This document shows, one piece after another, positions 22,983 through 35,993 of a DNA stretch of 64,000 nt. The notes under the pieces are model-generated. The model saw only the letters and a program-made list of their open reading frames with translations. It had not been told where the DNA came from and ran no database searches. The number at the start of each line of letters is the position of its first letter. Within the stretch, counting starts at the first letter, position 1. The DNA is from Neoechinorhynchus agilis (taxonomy: Eukaryota; Animalia; Acanthocephala): assembly GCA_051530055.1 (NCBI GenBank), contig CM121343.1:2202389-2266388 (forward strand). The letters are read 5' to 3'. The position numbers and the translations under genes were made by a program.

Positions 22983-23207
22983 TTAGAAGTGTTATTTAGG
23001 TTTTGACCCAGTAAAGAATTTTTTCGATTAAAGACGTTTCGAACCTTGTAGGATTCATCATCAGTTTGTTAGTTTGTCTGTTAATACCTAACAAACTGAC
23101 TATGAACCCGAATTGGTTCGAAACGTCTTTAAAAAATTATTTATAAGTTGGAGACTTAAATAGCACTTCTAATCATAGTCCCGATGCATCACATATCGAC
23201 ATTTATC
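22983..23207. mobile_element. Hairpin element with a divergent hammerhead pair (23033-23064 minus; 23096-23127 plus)
   Basis: Minus: CTGATGA-T-GAATCC-TACAA-GGTTC-GAAACGTC. Plus: CTGACTA-T-GAACC-CGAATT-GGTTC-GAAACGTC. Outer arms ttagaagtgttattta / taaatagcacttctaa. Confidence 0.75.
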
Positions 23208-23325
23208 GATACTTCCTGAACAGATGAGTCTTGTTTGAATCAGTCAAAGATTATTGGTCGGTTTCTACCGGAATTTCATTCACTAGTCTCATCGGAAAGA
23301 CTTGACCAAAGCTCATCTTTCCCAT

Positions 23326-23464
23326 GAGAAAATGTCGATATGTGAAGTACCGAGGAATGTGATTGGAATTATTGTTTAAAGTCTACACAACAAACTGATG
23401 ATGATGATGATGAATCCGACGTGGTACGCAGAACGTCTTGTGTAGACTTCTAAACAATAATTCC
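23326..23464 (+). mobile_element. Second copy of the same hairpin family, with one eroded hammerhead motif
   Basis: The leader aaaatgtcgatatgtgaagtaccgaggaatgtgattggaattattgttta is shared with 35190-35248 and, reverse-complemented, with 23160-23207. Arms ggaattattgttta/taaacaataattcc and gtctacacaa/ttgtgtagac enclose CTGATGATGATGATGA..GAACGTC. Confidence 0.7.
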
Positions 23465-24481
23465 TGCGACCATTAGAGTTTTGACCAACGTTCAAAGCTG
23501 AAGAAGCTTGAAAAAACATAACATTAGAAATGAACTTGTCCTTTCCTAAATTGAGATTTAATAGAGTACAGCGACAGTTACAACGTCTGTTGCTCTTTGC
23601 TTTCTCAATATTCCTTATATGATTGCCATTTATGGGACAAAAATCTTTTGATTTGAATAGTGCATACTATTTTACAGAAGAAGAAGAAGTATAGATTTTT
23701 AGTTATGTTTATTTCACTTAAGCACGGTTCTAGATTTTAAAATCCTAGTTATAATCGTTATCGATGCCTTTAATTAGAGGCGTTTTCGCATCAAATGGTA
23801 TGAGACTAAATTTAGTACAGCAATTTTCACTCTATTCAACTTAAATATCCCTTGAAATACCGTCACTTTACAATTTGATGCGAACTAAATATAATCAGAT
23901 TTTATAATCGGATTGATGGCACTTGTGCTTTCTCTTATAAATTATGTTACATGTGAATCAAAAGTCGATTTATGCGGTGTGAATAATGGGTTCGCCAGCT
24001 AATGATGGGTGGTAATTGAGAAATCAACAGGGGGCGTCGGCTGGCAATAAAATCGTGTCGTAGTATCAGATGAAACGCGCTTGCGCCTAAGTGGCATCCA
24101 ATGTGGAAAATGAAAAAAACGAGGAGAGTTGAAAATGTCACATGAATATTATTGGTCCGTTTGATGTGCACATAATCGAAGGTGATTGCGGCTTGTAAGA
24201 AGGTAATGTGCATGATTAATGGCAGCGGATTGCATCTGGCAGGGATTTAAAGACCTAGAATTTACAATTACTTAATTTGGCGGCTGCTATTTCAAACAAA
24301 GCAGCTGGGAGAGCCAAATCCGGTGAGTAGTCTATATTTGCGCGATAATCGATCATTCGAAAAATGACACCCAGCGCAGATCTGGATTTCCTCCCTAATC
24401 TGTACACTGCTTACAGAATTCTTGAATTCCATTACCATGTCAAACAAAATATTTCTTGGTATAAACAATATTGTAAATTCA

Positions 24482-25081
24482 TCATGAGCCAAAATCAGAA
24501 TAATCATTGCCTGAAAATGGTGGAGTTGTAAACATGTTTGATATATAATTGCTCATTGCGAAAATTGTTGGAACTTGATTGGTTGATTGCGGCCCAACAG
24601 AAGGATGAATTACCATGTTCGCTGCTGCTGCTAAAATTCGTTGCCTGTAAGCCGCGGCTGTAGCTGACAATCTGTATTGTTCGGCTTCTGATTCATGAAT
24701 CCGTTTTGCTTTGGCTCTCCTATTTTGAAACCATATTTTTACTTGAGTTTCGCTTAGATTCAGGGATGTTGAAAATTCTGCACGTTCCGCTATTGACAAA
24801 TATTGTTTTTCCCTGAATTTCTTCTCAAGACTTAAAAGTTGGTTAGTTGTAAAGGGTGTTCTTGGTTTTCTGTTGCTTTTGTGTTTCCTAAGACGGCAAG
24901 AAGATTGAAACGGCACTAAAAACTTGGCAGCAAGCGTTTCATTTTGTTCAAAAGTGGGTGAATCAGTCTCTTCTGGGCATAAGATGGATTTTGGTAGTTT
25001 TATTCCAACTTTCGCTTGTTCTTTATCATCGGAAATAAGAGCATCAATGCTGAAATCTTTCCTTTTTCGCTTTAGCTCCAT
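24482..25081 (-). CDS. Msx: Msx/Msh homeobox transcription factor, intronless, 199 aa
   Basis: eh1 motif FSIDALIS, followed by [64 protein letters not shown]. Confidence 0.96.
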   Translation of the reverse strand: MELKRKRKDFSIDALISDDKEQAKVGIKLPKSILCPEETDSPTFEQNETLAAKFLVPFQSSCRLRKHKSNRKPRTPFTTNQLLSLEKKFREKQYLSIAERAEFSTSLNLSETQVKIWFQNRRAKAKRIHESEAEQYRLSATAAAYRQRILAAAANMVIHPSVGPQSTNQVPTIFAMSNYISNMFTTPPFSGNDYSDFGS

Positions 25082-27453
25082 ATTGTGGTCTTAAATGATC
25101 TTCTTTGTCGGTTAAAGCTATTTTCGTATAAATGTATTTCGCCAACGCTAAGCTAGCATATGTTCTTGCACTGTAAATACTACTAATCAATTATGGTGTA
25201 AATGCCTGATATGCGTCTCTGCGGTGGCGGCGCGGGCAGTTATGATCTCAGCCAATGAGGGAATACAGTTGATTGTAGCCCCCCCCCCGAAAGTGGTAGC
25301 ACGTGTGACCCAAGAAATTTCTAATATAATTGGACAATGAAAGCCCTTTTGGTAAAGCTTTCTAAGAAGAATGAGATTCTATTGGATTGATCACGTCGAA
25401 CATTTAGAGCAACAGTCAATTAATGTGAGAATAGTAAACAGTTTCGATGGGGCAACGTGCTGTCTGTGATAACTGGCAAGCCTTTCAAATATCGTTTCCA
25501 TTTTTACAATCTATTATATGCTATCCATAATGATATACATGCAATATGTAAACATATCATCAACGCTATTGCTCTCGAGTAAAATAATGCGTTAATAATT
25601 TCAGCTAATAATCTTTCAATCCGCAATTTTTAAATCTTCTTCATTTTCCAAAAACAATTATCGAACTCAAATGCTCTGATTGGCTGCAGGAAGTCTTGCC
25701 CAAAATTAACTATTCACACAACGGGGAATCAATTTTAATAAGATATTGTGAAATGTTTATAGGTGCCGCTTGATTTACAGAAGTATAAATCGTTATGGAT
25801 ATTAGTGATTTGGTTCTTTTGAAGCACAACATAAAAATTTTTCTCTTTTTTATTTATGGGTATTTATTAACTTTTCTAGGTTTTGCAATAATAAAGCAGA
25901 AAACGAGCAATCACCACCGTCCTCAAAATTGGAGCTCCTTCCTCGATTGTCGCTATCACGCTAGCAGCAGTGGTTGAATCGATAGACTTTAATTTAGGAT
26001 GAACTGAGTAAAAGAAATCATTAAATGTCAATTAGCGCTCATGGTAGTGAAGTTATCGCCTACGAACTTCAAATTATCACTAATGAAACGGCATGGTGAA
26101 TAATCCTTGAAAAGAACCACTTTGTTTAGTGCCGTCAGTTATACGTTACATTGGCAACAGTTTAATCGCACCCTAAACGTATATTTCACGGTTAATTGCC
26201 ATTGTTGCAAAATTGGTGGCAATAATTAGTCGAATTGTATGAATGAACTGATAATGTGTGTGCATGGCATTAACTTTTACGAACTGCTTTTGACATTCAT
26301 TAAAGGACTACTGCGATTGGTTTATCGTGATTTATGCCGAGTTCGTTTCATCACTGTCCTGCAAGCAAAGACATTGATCAATAGCGTAACATTTTGCCTT
26401 CACTGCTACGAATGCATAATGCTGTCTGCTTGTCAGATGTGAATAAAATATTTTTAGTAGCTAACAGTAATTATTCAACTATCGATTTAAAATTCTTCTC
26501 CTAGTTTTGCTACCTCAATGCATCGAAATAGAATGCTTAGTTCAACCGATGGACGATGACAAACCTTGAAAAATGTCGGAATTATCGGGGAGGGTGGCAA
26601 AAATACCAAAAGAAAATATCTTTCCCCCGAAGACAATAATCGAAAACCTTTAGATTTGTTTTCCTGAGAGAAAATGCTCGATCGGTGTATCAACAAGCGC
26701 AGTTGCGCCAACTGCTTTTTTCAACGATTCGGCCAGAAGTTAAGGTTGTCTATCTCCACAGCCGAGCGGACCGACAGATGTAAAACTCCGTAATCGATTG
26801 CCAAAACATAGAAATTCCATCTATAGAGTATTTTATTGCGAGCGATCAACTGAGAAATCGCAATTCTATAATTGTTTACCATTTATAAGCTGTGCTGGCA
26901 AGACAGTTTTCATATCGATAACATGGCTCGTAACGAGCTTATCCGTAAAAAAAAGTGCATTTACGGAATAATAAAATATAAATTCGTTCTTTTTCGGCCA
27001 TCATCTTCGTAAAAAATTCCACTGGTTTATATTCAAATTATATCATTGAATGCAATACCAATGGAAATGCGTAGTGTGCGAATAATTGTTAACCGCATGA
27101 AAACCACAAAATACTCTTTTTGGATTCAAAAACGAGCTTTTTGGTTTATTTGCTGAATTCAATAAAAACATGATTTTACAAATGCTACGTTTTGAAACAT
27201 TTATCTAGAGTTTTACTACTTGCTATTGGAAATTGTGGTTGCTTTGAAGCAGCAGCAGCAGCTAATTTTTGACAAATGTGCCACGTTTTTTTTATTGGGA
27301 ATGTAAACAATAAAATACACTAAATAATCAAGCATTGCGAGCTGTTTGAGGATGTTTATTTTTAAATTCATACAATTTATTGTCGACATTGTCCTTCGTG
27401 TTTCTCGTCGGACATATATTTAAATTCTAGTTTGGCGATGTTTCCCCCCCCCG

Positions 27454-27644
27454 GATTGTTGATCATTTATTTTAAAATATTTCGTAACCTTTTTGCTTAC
27501 CTCTTCAGTTAAATGTACAAATTAACGAACTTTCATTGCGAAAAGGCTACATAACTTTATTATCTCTGACTATTTTAGCAATATAACTGAAGAGGTAAGC
27601 AAAAAGCTTACGAAATATTTTAAAATAAAAGATCAACAACAATC
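27454..27644. mobile_element. Hairpin element with a divergent hammerhead pair (27476-27508 minus; 27587-27619 plus)
   Basis: Plus: CTGAAGA-G-GTAAGC-AAAAA-GCTTAC-GAAATATT. Minus: same motif with one stem II mismatch and a 5-bp stem I (TTTAA/TTAAA). Arms of about 60 bp extend to gattgttgatc / gatcaacaacaatc. Confidence 0.8.
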
Positions 27645-28236
27645 AAAACATCACCAAACTCGAATCAAATTCACCCCGACGACAATTCTCTATGATACAT
27701 TTAAATTTTCCGGTGTAAAACGCGATGAGTTGATGAAGCATATCAGGTAGTACAAATGAGTGACTCGCGGTCAACAACGCTTTACATTGATTGGATATGA
27801 GTGCTTTCACGTTGGGACTGATACCTAAGGCGCTGTATAACAACTTGGCATCTTATTAGCGCTCTAAAAAGGTTAATTGCATAAAGGTGTGGCCAATCAC
27901 GTTTATGTTTAGCCGCAAACTCGGTGTCAATTTCGAAAAAATTCCTTGGAATAAAGTGAGAAAATCAACAAATAACAAGCTTTCACAGATATAGAAATGA
28001 TCAAATCGTCAATTGGCATATTTGTCTTCTTTTCCGTATTGCATTAGACGATCGATCTTTCTGTTACCTTGCCCGGTGCCCGATCACTAAAGTCCTAGAC
28101 GCTTTTTATAGTGAGTGTGTCATATGTACGACTTGAAACAACGTAAATGCACAAACAACATACATTGAACCTTTGATCAAACACAAGGATATGGTTGATT
28201 GAGGCAGATGCGTAATCATAAGAGATGCCTTTTCAC

Positions 28237-29997
28237 TCATCTCATTAACTCATGTGCATATTTAAGTATGATATTTATCGGTTTAATTTCATCATCTTGT
28301 TGTTGCTGCTCAATGATGTATTCATTTGTTGATGCTGTTGTTGTTGTTTTTTCGTCAAAACCGGCGGCGGCGGCGGCGGCACTACCAAGCCCGTATGTGC
28401 TCTCATGCAGTCGCTCATCGTGGGCGTCAACTGCATTTACGGATTCTTCGATCGAATCATGATATTCGCTTTTTATGTTCATATTGCCGTTCGCAAAATA
28501 CGCAAGGGAACTGAATAAATTGTGGGTCGAAATTTGAGACGAAGAAGACGAATTAGTACTTCGGTGATAGTTTTGGCTTGGTGGTATTGTTTTCCCATTA
28601 GTGCAGCAATATTCATCTTCAATCGATAAGTCCGTCGGTGTACTAGAAAGAGATGCTACGCTCTTTGCGTTTTTTTCGTCTCGGGTGACTGTTGGTACGT
28701 GAGTCGAATCAGATTCATGATCGCTTAGGAAGCATAAAGTGTTCAACATAACATCATTTTCTTGAACTCGATCACTAGCAAGCTGAGAATAACATTGAAA
28801 CGAATAAGAAGCATCAGTTGAGTTTTTGTTATTATCTTGCCATTTATCCATCGAGCGACGTCGTGCATTCATGAAAAAGTTTGAAACTGTGCTAACCTCA
28901 AGACCAAGTTGGTGAGCAATCGTAACCTGCATTTCCCTTGAAGGTCTTTTCGTTTCTTTGAAAATTGCATGTAAAGTTCTCCGTTGGATGTCAGTGAAAA
29001 CCAACCGAGGACGCCTATGAGCTGCTACGTTCTTAGCTGAACATTCAACTTCAGTTTCGTGTAGTTCGTCCAATTTGTTAAACGAATACTGTCTTTTATC
29101 TTTTCTTCGTGTAGCGATTGAACATAGATGACCCATTCGAGTGACCTCCGGTTCTTGTAGCCAGCGCCACATGCGTTTGAACGTTTCGCGACCGGACTTT
29201 AGTTTCGACCATGGCTTCGGGTTCCTCAAAAGGTCACTTAGTGTGCCCTGAGATCGTGACAGAATTTGTTCAGCAAAAACTGCCTGAGGAATGCTATAGC
29301 GTTTCAATTCTAAACTGATCCTTTGTGCTAATTCACGAGTGTTTAGTTCTTCATATTGGGACGCATCTGACGTATCCGGCTGTTCCGGACTTTGATTTCC
29401 TGATTGGAGATCAACTTTTGGTGAAGACTGAGAAGTATGTTTTGGAATGTCAAAAGTATCATTTGATCTGACAAAAAAACTGTTTTGATCAAATGACGAA
29501 TCAAACGCATTGTTTGAGCTATTGGAATCTAGACCGTTTGAATAGGGAGATTGTGTGAAGAAGTACGTATGTTCTCCACATTCCTTAGATAGAAATGCTT
29601 TATCGGCTTCGAATTGGTATGCTGGTTCCGTGTTGTTATTGACCTCATGAATATTTCTCTTCTCCGGATGACTGGGGCTTCGTCTACTTTCATCGATTGT
29701 GGTACTGTTGTCACCCCGGCTGTTGCCGAAAAAGGCACCGCCACCAGCATCCCGTGGAGCAAGTGCACTTATGATAGTCGGATAATGCCGTTGTTTGTGG
29801 TGATCAATAGTAGACGTTACTGCAGTCATCACGCGTACACGGGAAGCGTAGTCGGTGGCTGTGGAATCGGGCTTGGAGCTCCTCCACTGAAACAAAGAAT
29901 CTGTTTTCGGAGAAGACCAGTCGATATTAAGGGTCGACGGTACCGAAGATTGACTCCGCGTCTCTAAATCAATATTCTCCGGAGCAGAGTGGAACAT
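28237..29997 (-). CDS. Onecut: Onecut (HNF6-type) CUT + homeodomain transcription factor; single ORF, 586 aa; a 5' exon upstream is possible
   Basis: CUT domain: EELNTRELAQRISLELKRYSIPQAVFAEQILSRSQGTLSDLLRNPKPWSKLKSGRETFKRMWRWLQEPE. Homeodomain: RPRLVFTDIQRRTLHAIFKETKRPSREMQVTIAHQLGLEVSTVSNFFMNARRRS. Confidence 0.96.
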   Translation of the reverse strand: MFHSAPENIDLETRSQSSVPSTLNIDWSSPKTDSLFQWRSSKPDSTATDYASRVRVMTAVTSTIDHHKQRHYPTIISALAPRDAGGGAFFGNSRGDNSTTIDESRRSPSHPEKRNIHEVNNNTEPAYQFEADKAFLSKECGEHTYFFTQSPYSNGLDSNSSNNAFDSSFDQNSFFVRSNDTFDIPKHTSQSSPKVDLQSGNQSPEQPDTSDASQYEELNTRELAQRISLELKRYSIPQAVFAEQILSRSQGTLSDLLRNPKPWSKLKSGRETFKRMWRWLQEPEVTRMGHLCSIATRRKDKRQYSFNKLDELHETEVECSAKNVAAHRRPRLVFTDIQRRTLHAIFKETKRPSREMQVTIAHQLGLEVSTVSNFFMNARRRSMDKWQDNNKNSTDASYSFQCYSQLASDRVQENDVMLNTLCFLSDHESDSTHVPTVTRDEKNAKSVASLSSTPTDLSIEDEYCCTNGKTIPPSQNYHRSTNSSSSSQISTHNLFSSLAYFANGNMNIKSEYHDSIEESVNAVDAHDERLHESTYGLGSAAAAAAGFDEKTTTTASTNEYIIEQQQQDDEIKPINIILKYAHELMR

Positions 29998-30616
29998 TTC
30001 GGTAACAACTTTCCAACTCGCGTGAAGCTAATCGATCTCTCTCGCGGATTTCAAGTTGAAATGTGCCAGTACACGCTCGTATATAATAATATGCAGTCAA
30101 AAACTGTGATGCCGGATTTCGTCGATGTGTGAAACGTACTCCAGCACATACACTGCTACTACTGTCGCCCGTACCAACAACAGCACCACCAGTTTTCCAA
30201 CTTAATTTTACATATCGCGTGTAGATGCGCAGCCACCCCGCAGCATCCATTTCTATTTTAGCGGCACTGTCGCTGAAATGCTCGCACAAGACGACAATCG
30301 AGTTTATATCTGAACCCACAATCTGCAATACAATCATCATCATCATTCATTACATCCAATAATCTAGAGTATTGTCTTCTAAAAATCGCTATTGCTACAA
30401 ATTATCCCGAAAAATACATATTGAGAGATATTTAGAAAGGGAAAGCACACAACTACAATTCCAGCAAATATTTTGAAATGCAGTCGACTATTTGGGCTAA
30501 CATTTTAATCCAACAGGCTTACTATTGATGCAAAAATATAAATTCCGAACGCAATTACACTTTCGGTTTTTGAATGGAAAAAATTATAAATGGTAAATGA
30601 ATACGAGGTTTTAATT

Positions 30617-31988
30617 ATTCAAAGTAGAGGAACCATGTAAATGTGGGTCCTCATGAACAATCGATCCAAATGATAAGTTCAATCAATTTGAGTGTTTATT
30701 TTGGAGTGGGTGACTATTTCGGTTTAGTGGAAAAGTTGATCTGCCAATTTCAGGTTATGATATCCGAGAAGATTGGGCAATACAATAATAACGCGTTTTA
30801 TTGTTCAAAGTAGAGGAATCATGTAACTGTGGGTCCTCATGAACAATCGATCCAAATGATAAGTTCAATCAATTTGAGTGTTTATTTTGGAGTGGATGAC
30901 TATTTCGGTTTAGTGGAAAAGTTGATCTGCCAATTTCAGGTTATGATATCCGAGAAGATTGGGCAATACAATAATAACGCGTTTTATTGTTCAAAGTAGA
31001 GGAATCATGTAACTGTGGGTCCTCATGAACAATCGATCCAAATGATAAGTTCAATCAATTTGAGTGTTTATTTTGGAGTGGATGACTATTTCGGTTTAGT
31101 GGAAAAGTTGATCTGCCAATTTCAGGTTATGATATCCGAGAAGATTGGGCAATACAATAATAACGCGTTTTATTGTTCAAAGTAGAGGAATCATGTAACT
31201 GTGGGTCCTCATGAACAATCGATCCAAATGATAAGTTCAATCAATTTGAGTGTTTATTTTGGAGTGGATGACTATTTCGGTTTAGTGGAAAAGTTGATCT
31301 GCCAATTTCAGGTTATGATATCCGAGAAGATTGGGCAATACAATAATAACGCGTTTTATTGTTCAAAGTAGAGGAATCATGTAACTGTGGGTCCTCATGA
31401 ACAATCGATCCAAATGATAAGTTCAATCAATTTGAGTGTTTATTTTGGAGTGGATGACTATTTCGGTTTAGTGGAAAAGTTGATCTGCCAATTTCAGGTT
31501 ATGATATCCGAGAAGATTGGGCAATACAATAATAACGCGTTTTATTGTTCAAAGTAGAGGAATCATGTAACTGTGGGTCCTCATGAACAATCGATCCAAA
31601 TGATAAGTTCAATCAATTTGAGTGTTTATTTTGGAGTGGGTGACTATTTCGGTTTAGTGGAAAAGTTGATCTGCCAATTTCAGGTTATGATATCCGAGAA
31701 GATTGGGCAATACAATAATAACGCGTTTTATTGTTCAAAGTAGAGGAATCATGTAACTGTGGGTCCTCATGAACAATCGATCCAAATGATAAGTTCAATC
31801 AATTTGAGTGTTTATTTTGGAGTGGGTGACTATTTCGGTTTAGTGGAAAAGTTGATCTGCCAATTTCAGGTTATGATATCCGAGAAGATTGGGCAATACA
31901 ATAATAACGCGTTTTATTGTTCAAAGTAGAGGAACCATGTAACTGTGGGTCCTCATGAACAATCGATCCAAATGATAAGTTCAATCAA
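30617..31988. repeat. Tandem repeat, 186-bp unit, about 7.4 copies
   Basis: ttcaaagtagagg recurs at 30618, 30804, 30990 ... 31920. Copies are nearly identical, and each carries the hairpin gaggaa(t/c)catgtaactgtgggtcctc. Confidence 0.95.
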
Positions 31989-33072
31989 TAAAAATCCAGG
32001 GTATTTTTAGCGACGATTTAAAGATTTAATCGCGAATTATATCTTCGCTCAAAATATCCCGAGATATGGTAAGATTATCGCGTTTTTTTAGAAAAATAAT
32101 GGTTATTTTCAGGCCAGCTTAAATCTCAAAATTGCCATAAGGAATGAACACCAAAATCTACTGGTCCAACTGCTTCTTAATTTGCGAGACTACATGCATA
32201 AAAAAGTTACCGATGCCGCGGAGACGCCGTGGTTCCTATAACCTCCGCTGAAATCGATCAATGAAGTAAAATGTATGGAAACGATATTCAATTTGAGGTC
32301 GAGAATACCAGTTGAAATGTTTCAAATATTAAATGCTCGAGAGTATGGACAGCACAATTCTAAATCGATTGTTCGAAGGATTTTCTATCGATGATTCTAC
32401 TAATATAGCACCCATATTTCTAAAAGATTGGAATTATTTCGATTCCGTGTGCAAAAAGGTGCCAAAAGATCTCGAATTTAACACGTCGCAGATTAACCTT
32501 TGAGATGTTTTGAATCTGCTTCAATTTAGAAAAAACAACCGAGGATGCTATGTAAGGTTTTAAGAGATCGAACTCTCGGATTCTCTTCATGCACCAAGAC
32601 GGCTTTTATGGCTAAATGTAAAAACATAAAGTTTTGAAGAACGAAACGTGGTTCTAAGATGCAAAATGGAAGATCTTATGATAATGATTTATACCGTTGT
32701 TTCTTTTCGTGACCTAAATAGGAAATAAATAGGTAATCCTTAATCATTCTTCGTCACCAGAAATCACATACATCAATTTTCAGGAATTAAGAGCGGATTC
32801 AAACTAAATAAAAACTATTACTATATTGGTTTTCATGCTTAAACCATTAATAAAATACTCCTCTATGCATTTTATGATATATATTTCGAATCCTAACATT
32901 AAAAAAGAAAATAGAAATTTTAGTTCCTTCAGGATTGTATTCGGCTTCTTAGATATGTTATTATTTTTGGTAGTACTCGACACCCGAGAGAGATTGTTAA
33001 AGTCGAGACTTTTAAGCAATAAACTTGCGAAATAATTTGAATTGAAAATGAATGATTTAATCAGTCAAAATA

Positions 33073-34090
33073 GAGAACTTAATAAAAATAATAGAATTGT
33101 GGGCAATAGAACTTAAATGCGATCAATAAACACTTTTGTTAATTTCTTTAAAAATCATTTTAACTTATCGACTTTAACCATCTCTCTCGCATGTCGAGGA
33201 CTGACCAAAATAATAAGAAACTGTATTTTTTAAGAGAACTTAATAAAAATAATAGAATTGTGGGCAATAGAACTTAAATGCGATCAATAAACACTTTTGT
33301 TAATTTCTTTAAAAATCATTTTAACTTATCGACTTTAACCATCTCTCTCGCATGTCGAGGACTGACCAAAATAATAAGAAACTGTATTTTTTAAGAGAAC
33401 TTAATAAAAAGAATAGAATTGTGGGCAATAGAACTTAAATGCGATCAATAAACACTTTTGTTAATTTCTTTAAAAATCATTTTAACTTATCGACTTTAAC
33501 CATCTCTCTCGCATGTCGAGGACTGACCAAAATAATAAGAAACTGTATTTTTTAAGAGAACTTAATAAAAAGAATAGAATTGTGGGCAATAGAACTTAAA
33601 TGCGATCAATAAACACTTTTGTTAATTTCTTTAAAAATCATTTTAACTTATCGACTTTAACCATCTCTCTCGCATGTCGAGGACTGACCAAAATAATAAG
33701 AAACTGTATTTTTTAAGAGAACTTAATAAAAAGAATAGAATTGTGGGCAATAGAACTTAAATGCGATCAATAAACACTTTTGTTAATTTCTTTAAAAATC
33801 ATTTTAACTTATCGACTTTAACCATCTCTCTCGCATGTCGAGGACTGACCAAAATAATAAGAAACTGTATTTTTTAAGAGAACTTAATAAAAAGAATAGA
33901 ACTGTGGGCAAAAGAACTTAAATGCGATCAATAAACACTTTTGTTAATTTCTTTAAAAATCATTTTAACTTATCGACTTGAATGATCTCTCTCGGGTTTC
34001 AAGGACTGACCAAAATATTCTAATGATTTTCCCTTGTCGACTTTAGCGATCTATCTCGGGTTTCAAGGACCGACCAAAATAATAAGAAAC
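33073..34090. repeat. Tandem repeat, 161-bp unit, about 6 copies plus a degenerate tail
   Basis: agaacttaataaaa recurs every 161 bp from 33074 to about 33879. Eroded partial units follow at 33980-34090. Confidence 0.95.
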
Positions 34091-35189
34091 CTCATTGACC
34101 ACTATTACTCTTATTTTTAGTTTTTGTGTGCTCCCAGGTCTATTGATTTCTGGGGCACAGCCGTGTAGGGATAATCACTTCAAAATACACTCAAAATTTA
34201 ACCGGCTAGCGACATGCAAACACAATAAAGATGATTTTCGCTTCGTATGATTTAAAGGCTCTTTTAGAAACTTTTCTCAGTCTGATTATATTCATAGTTC
34301 ACTTATAGAACGTAGGAGTTTTTCGGTTTTCTGAGAAGTAGAAAACGTTTTGATGTACATCTATAAAGATTAGATAATAACCGTCTTTATTTTTAGTTTT
34401 GATTTAAGACGACCTTTCATTGTTCCCTCGTCCTTTAATTCCTTCAGTTTTAAATATTCTTCTTTTAGATGCGTTTTGCATTCGTAAGTAGAAAAGCGTT
34501 GGATGGAATTCATGGCCTGAATGGATTCACAGAGGTTTTTGAGCTTCATGCATTAAACATTGTCAATTTTTATGTAAATTTTTCCTTTTCTTGAAAGATC
34601 GCCTAAACTTGTTGAATTTTGGGAATGCCTCGTATTTGGCCGGGGTTTCCACAGTCAAAATTAATTTGAATATTTATGTTCAATAACAAAAGTGAACAAA
34701 GTAATATTATGAAAGCAAATTAGATTTATGCTTTGAAGTGAAATGAACATCGAGAAAAATTCACGGAAATACTTCTTAGGATACATTCGGAAATGCAATA
34801 AAATCGCTTAACAGTTAATTTTTTTGAAAACAAATGTACCAAGGCTTCCGATGTGTGAGCAAAAGTTCGATATTCTAAAACTGTTTTTTTGACTAAAGCG
34901 ATTTTGATAAGTGAAGTCACGATAACGGTAACATTTTACCATTAAATATTCCATTAAACGCTGGGCTATTGTTATGAACCTGCTGATCAAATCTGTACTA
35001 ACAATTCGAATTGAAGTCCCAAGTTTAGCTTTTTTTCATCAAAGTTAGAAATAGGATCGACTGTGGCGCTTCATAAACCCACTTGCCATAGTAAATAAAA
35101 GAGTGTAGCAGTTGTTGATAAGATTTCTTCAAGCGTTAGAGATTCCAGAATTTCATATTGTTGAGATTATCGGCGAAATAGTGATTGAG

Positions 35190-35408
35190 GAAGCGAATAA
35201 AAGGTCGATATGTGAGGTACCGGGGAATGTGATTGGAATTATTGTTTAGTTTTTCACCCGCGGTAAATAAGACATTCTGCGAACCTCGTCGGGTTCATCT
35301 TCAGTTCTAAAATTAAAGACTCATCCACTTGTATTTTAAAACTGATGACGAACGAGACGAGGTTCGAAGCGTCTTCAATAAATAATCATTTGCCGGATCA
35401 ATAATTCC
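35190..35408 (+). mobile_element. Third copy of the 23-kb hairpin family, with a divergent eroded hammerhead pair (35271-35304 minus; 35342-35373 plus)
   Basis: Same leader as 23326. Minus: CTGAAGA-T-GAACC-CGACGA-GGTTC-GCAGAATGTC. Plus: CTGATGA-C-GAAC-GAGACGAG-GTTC-GAAGCGTC. Outer arms ggaattattg / caataattcc. Confidence 0.7.
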
Positions 35409-35692
35409 GAATAAATTTGTATTTGGGAAATGTCATAGGAGAGAATAAGAAAGATTGAAGCCCGATGGAAGGGAGAGTAGTCAGTGTTTTCGCTTGTACA
35501 TTTAAGTAACGTCAAAGGTCATGCCACTTACTGAAAACTACACTAATAAAACTTTAACTTTAAAAACAACGCAGCAGATCTTTCTTCACATTTTTGGCAA
35601 CAATCTTCACCTTACCAACTCCCATTCACTCATTGAAATTGCAACTATTTATCTAAGCTCTTCCTTTAAGAGCTCCATTAATGCCTTCTGGA

Positions 35693-35941
35693 CTAAGCCC
35701 GAGCGGTCGCCTCAATTGAGGCGGTTGTCCGGCTACGTCCACAAGATGCGCACAATCGGAATTCGTGAAGAGTTTCGTTCTTCACTTCACCAGAAGCTGC
35801 AGCTTTCGGATTTAGCAAAAGGCATGGACATCCAAGATCGGCGAGCCCCATTGGTTCCATTGTCGTGAGTGGAGTTTCCTGATCATCGTTAGCCACTGCC
35901 ATTGAAGAGACGAGAGCGAGAATCGCGAAAAGAGCGAGCAT
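35693..35941 (-). CDS. Small secreted cysteine-containing peptide, 82 aa, single exon, function unknown
   Basis: CCAACAATG start context. Signal-peptide-like MLALFAILALVSSMAVA-ND. Four Cys (CPC, CASC). A TATA box lies about 55 nt upstream of the ATG. Confidence 0.6.
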   Translation of the reverse strand: MLALFAILALVSSMAVANDDQETPLTTMEPMGLADLGCPCLLLNPKAAASGEVKNETLHEFRLCASCGRSRTTASIEATARA

Positions 35942-35993
35942 TGTTGGCGGTTTGAAGATCGACGGCGATAGATTGAGATCTCATCTCGCCCCC

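Noticed and set aside
29969-30346. 125-aa minus ORF just upstream of Onecut
   Set aside because: No recognisable domain and no convincing splice junction to the main ORF. It may be 5' UTR or an unresolved exon.
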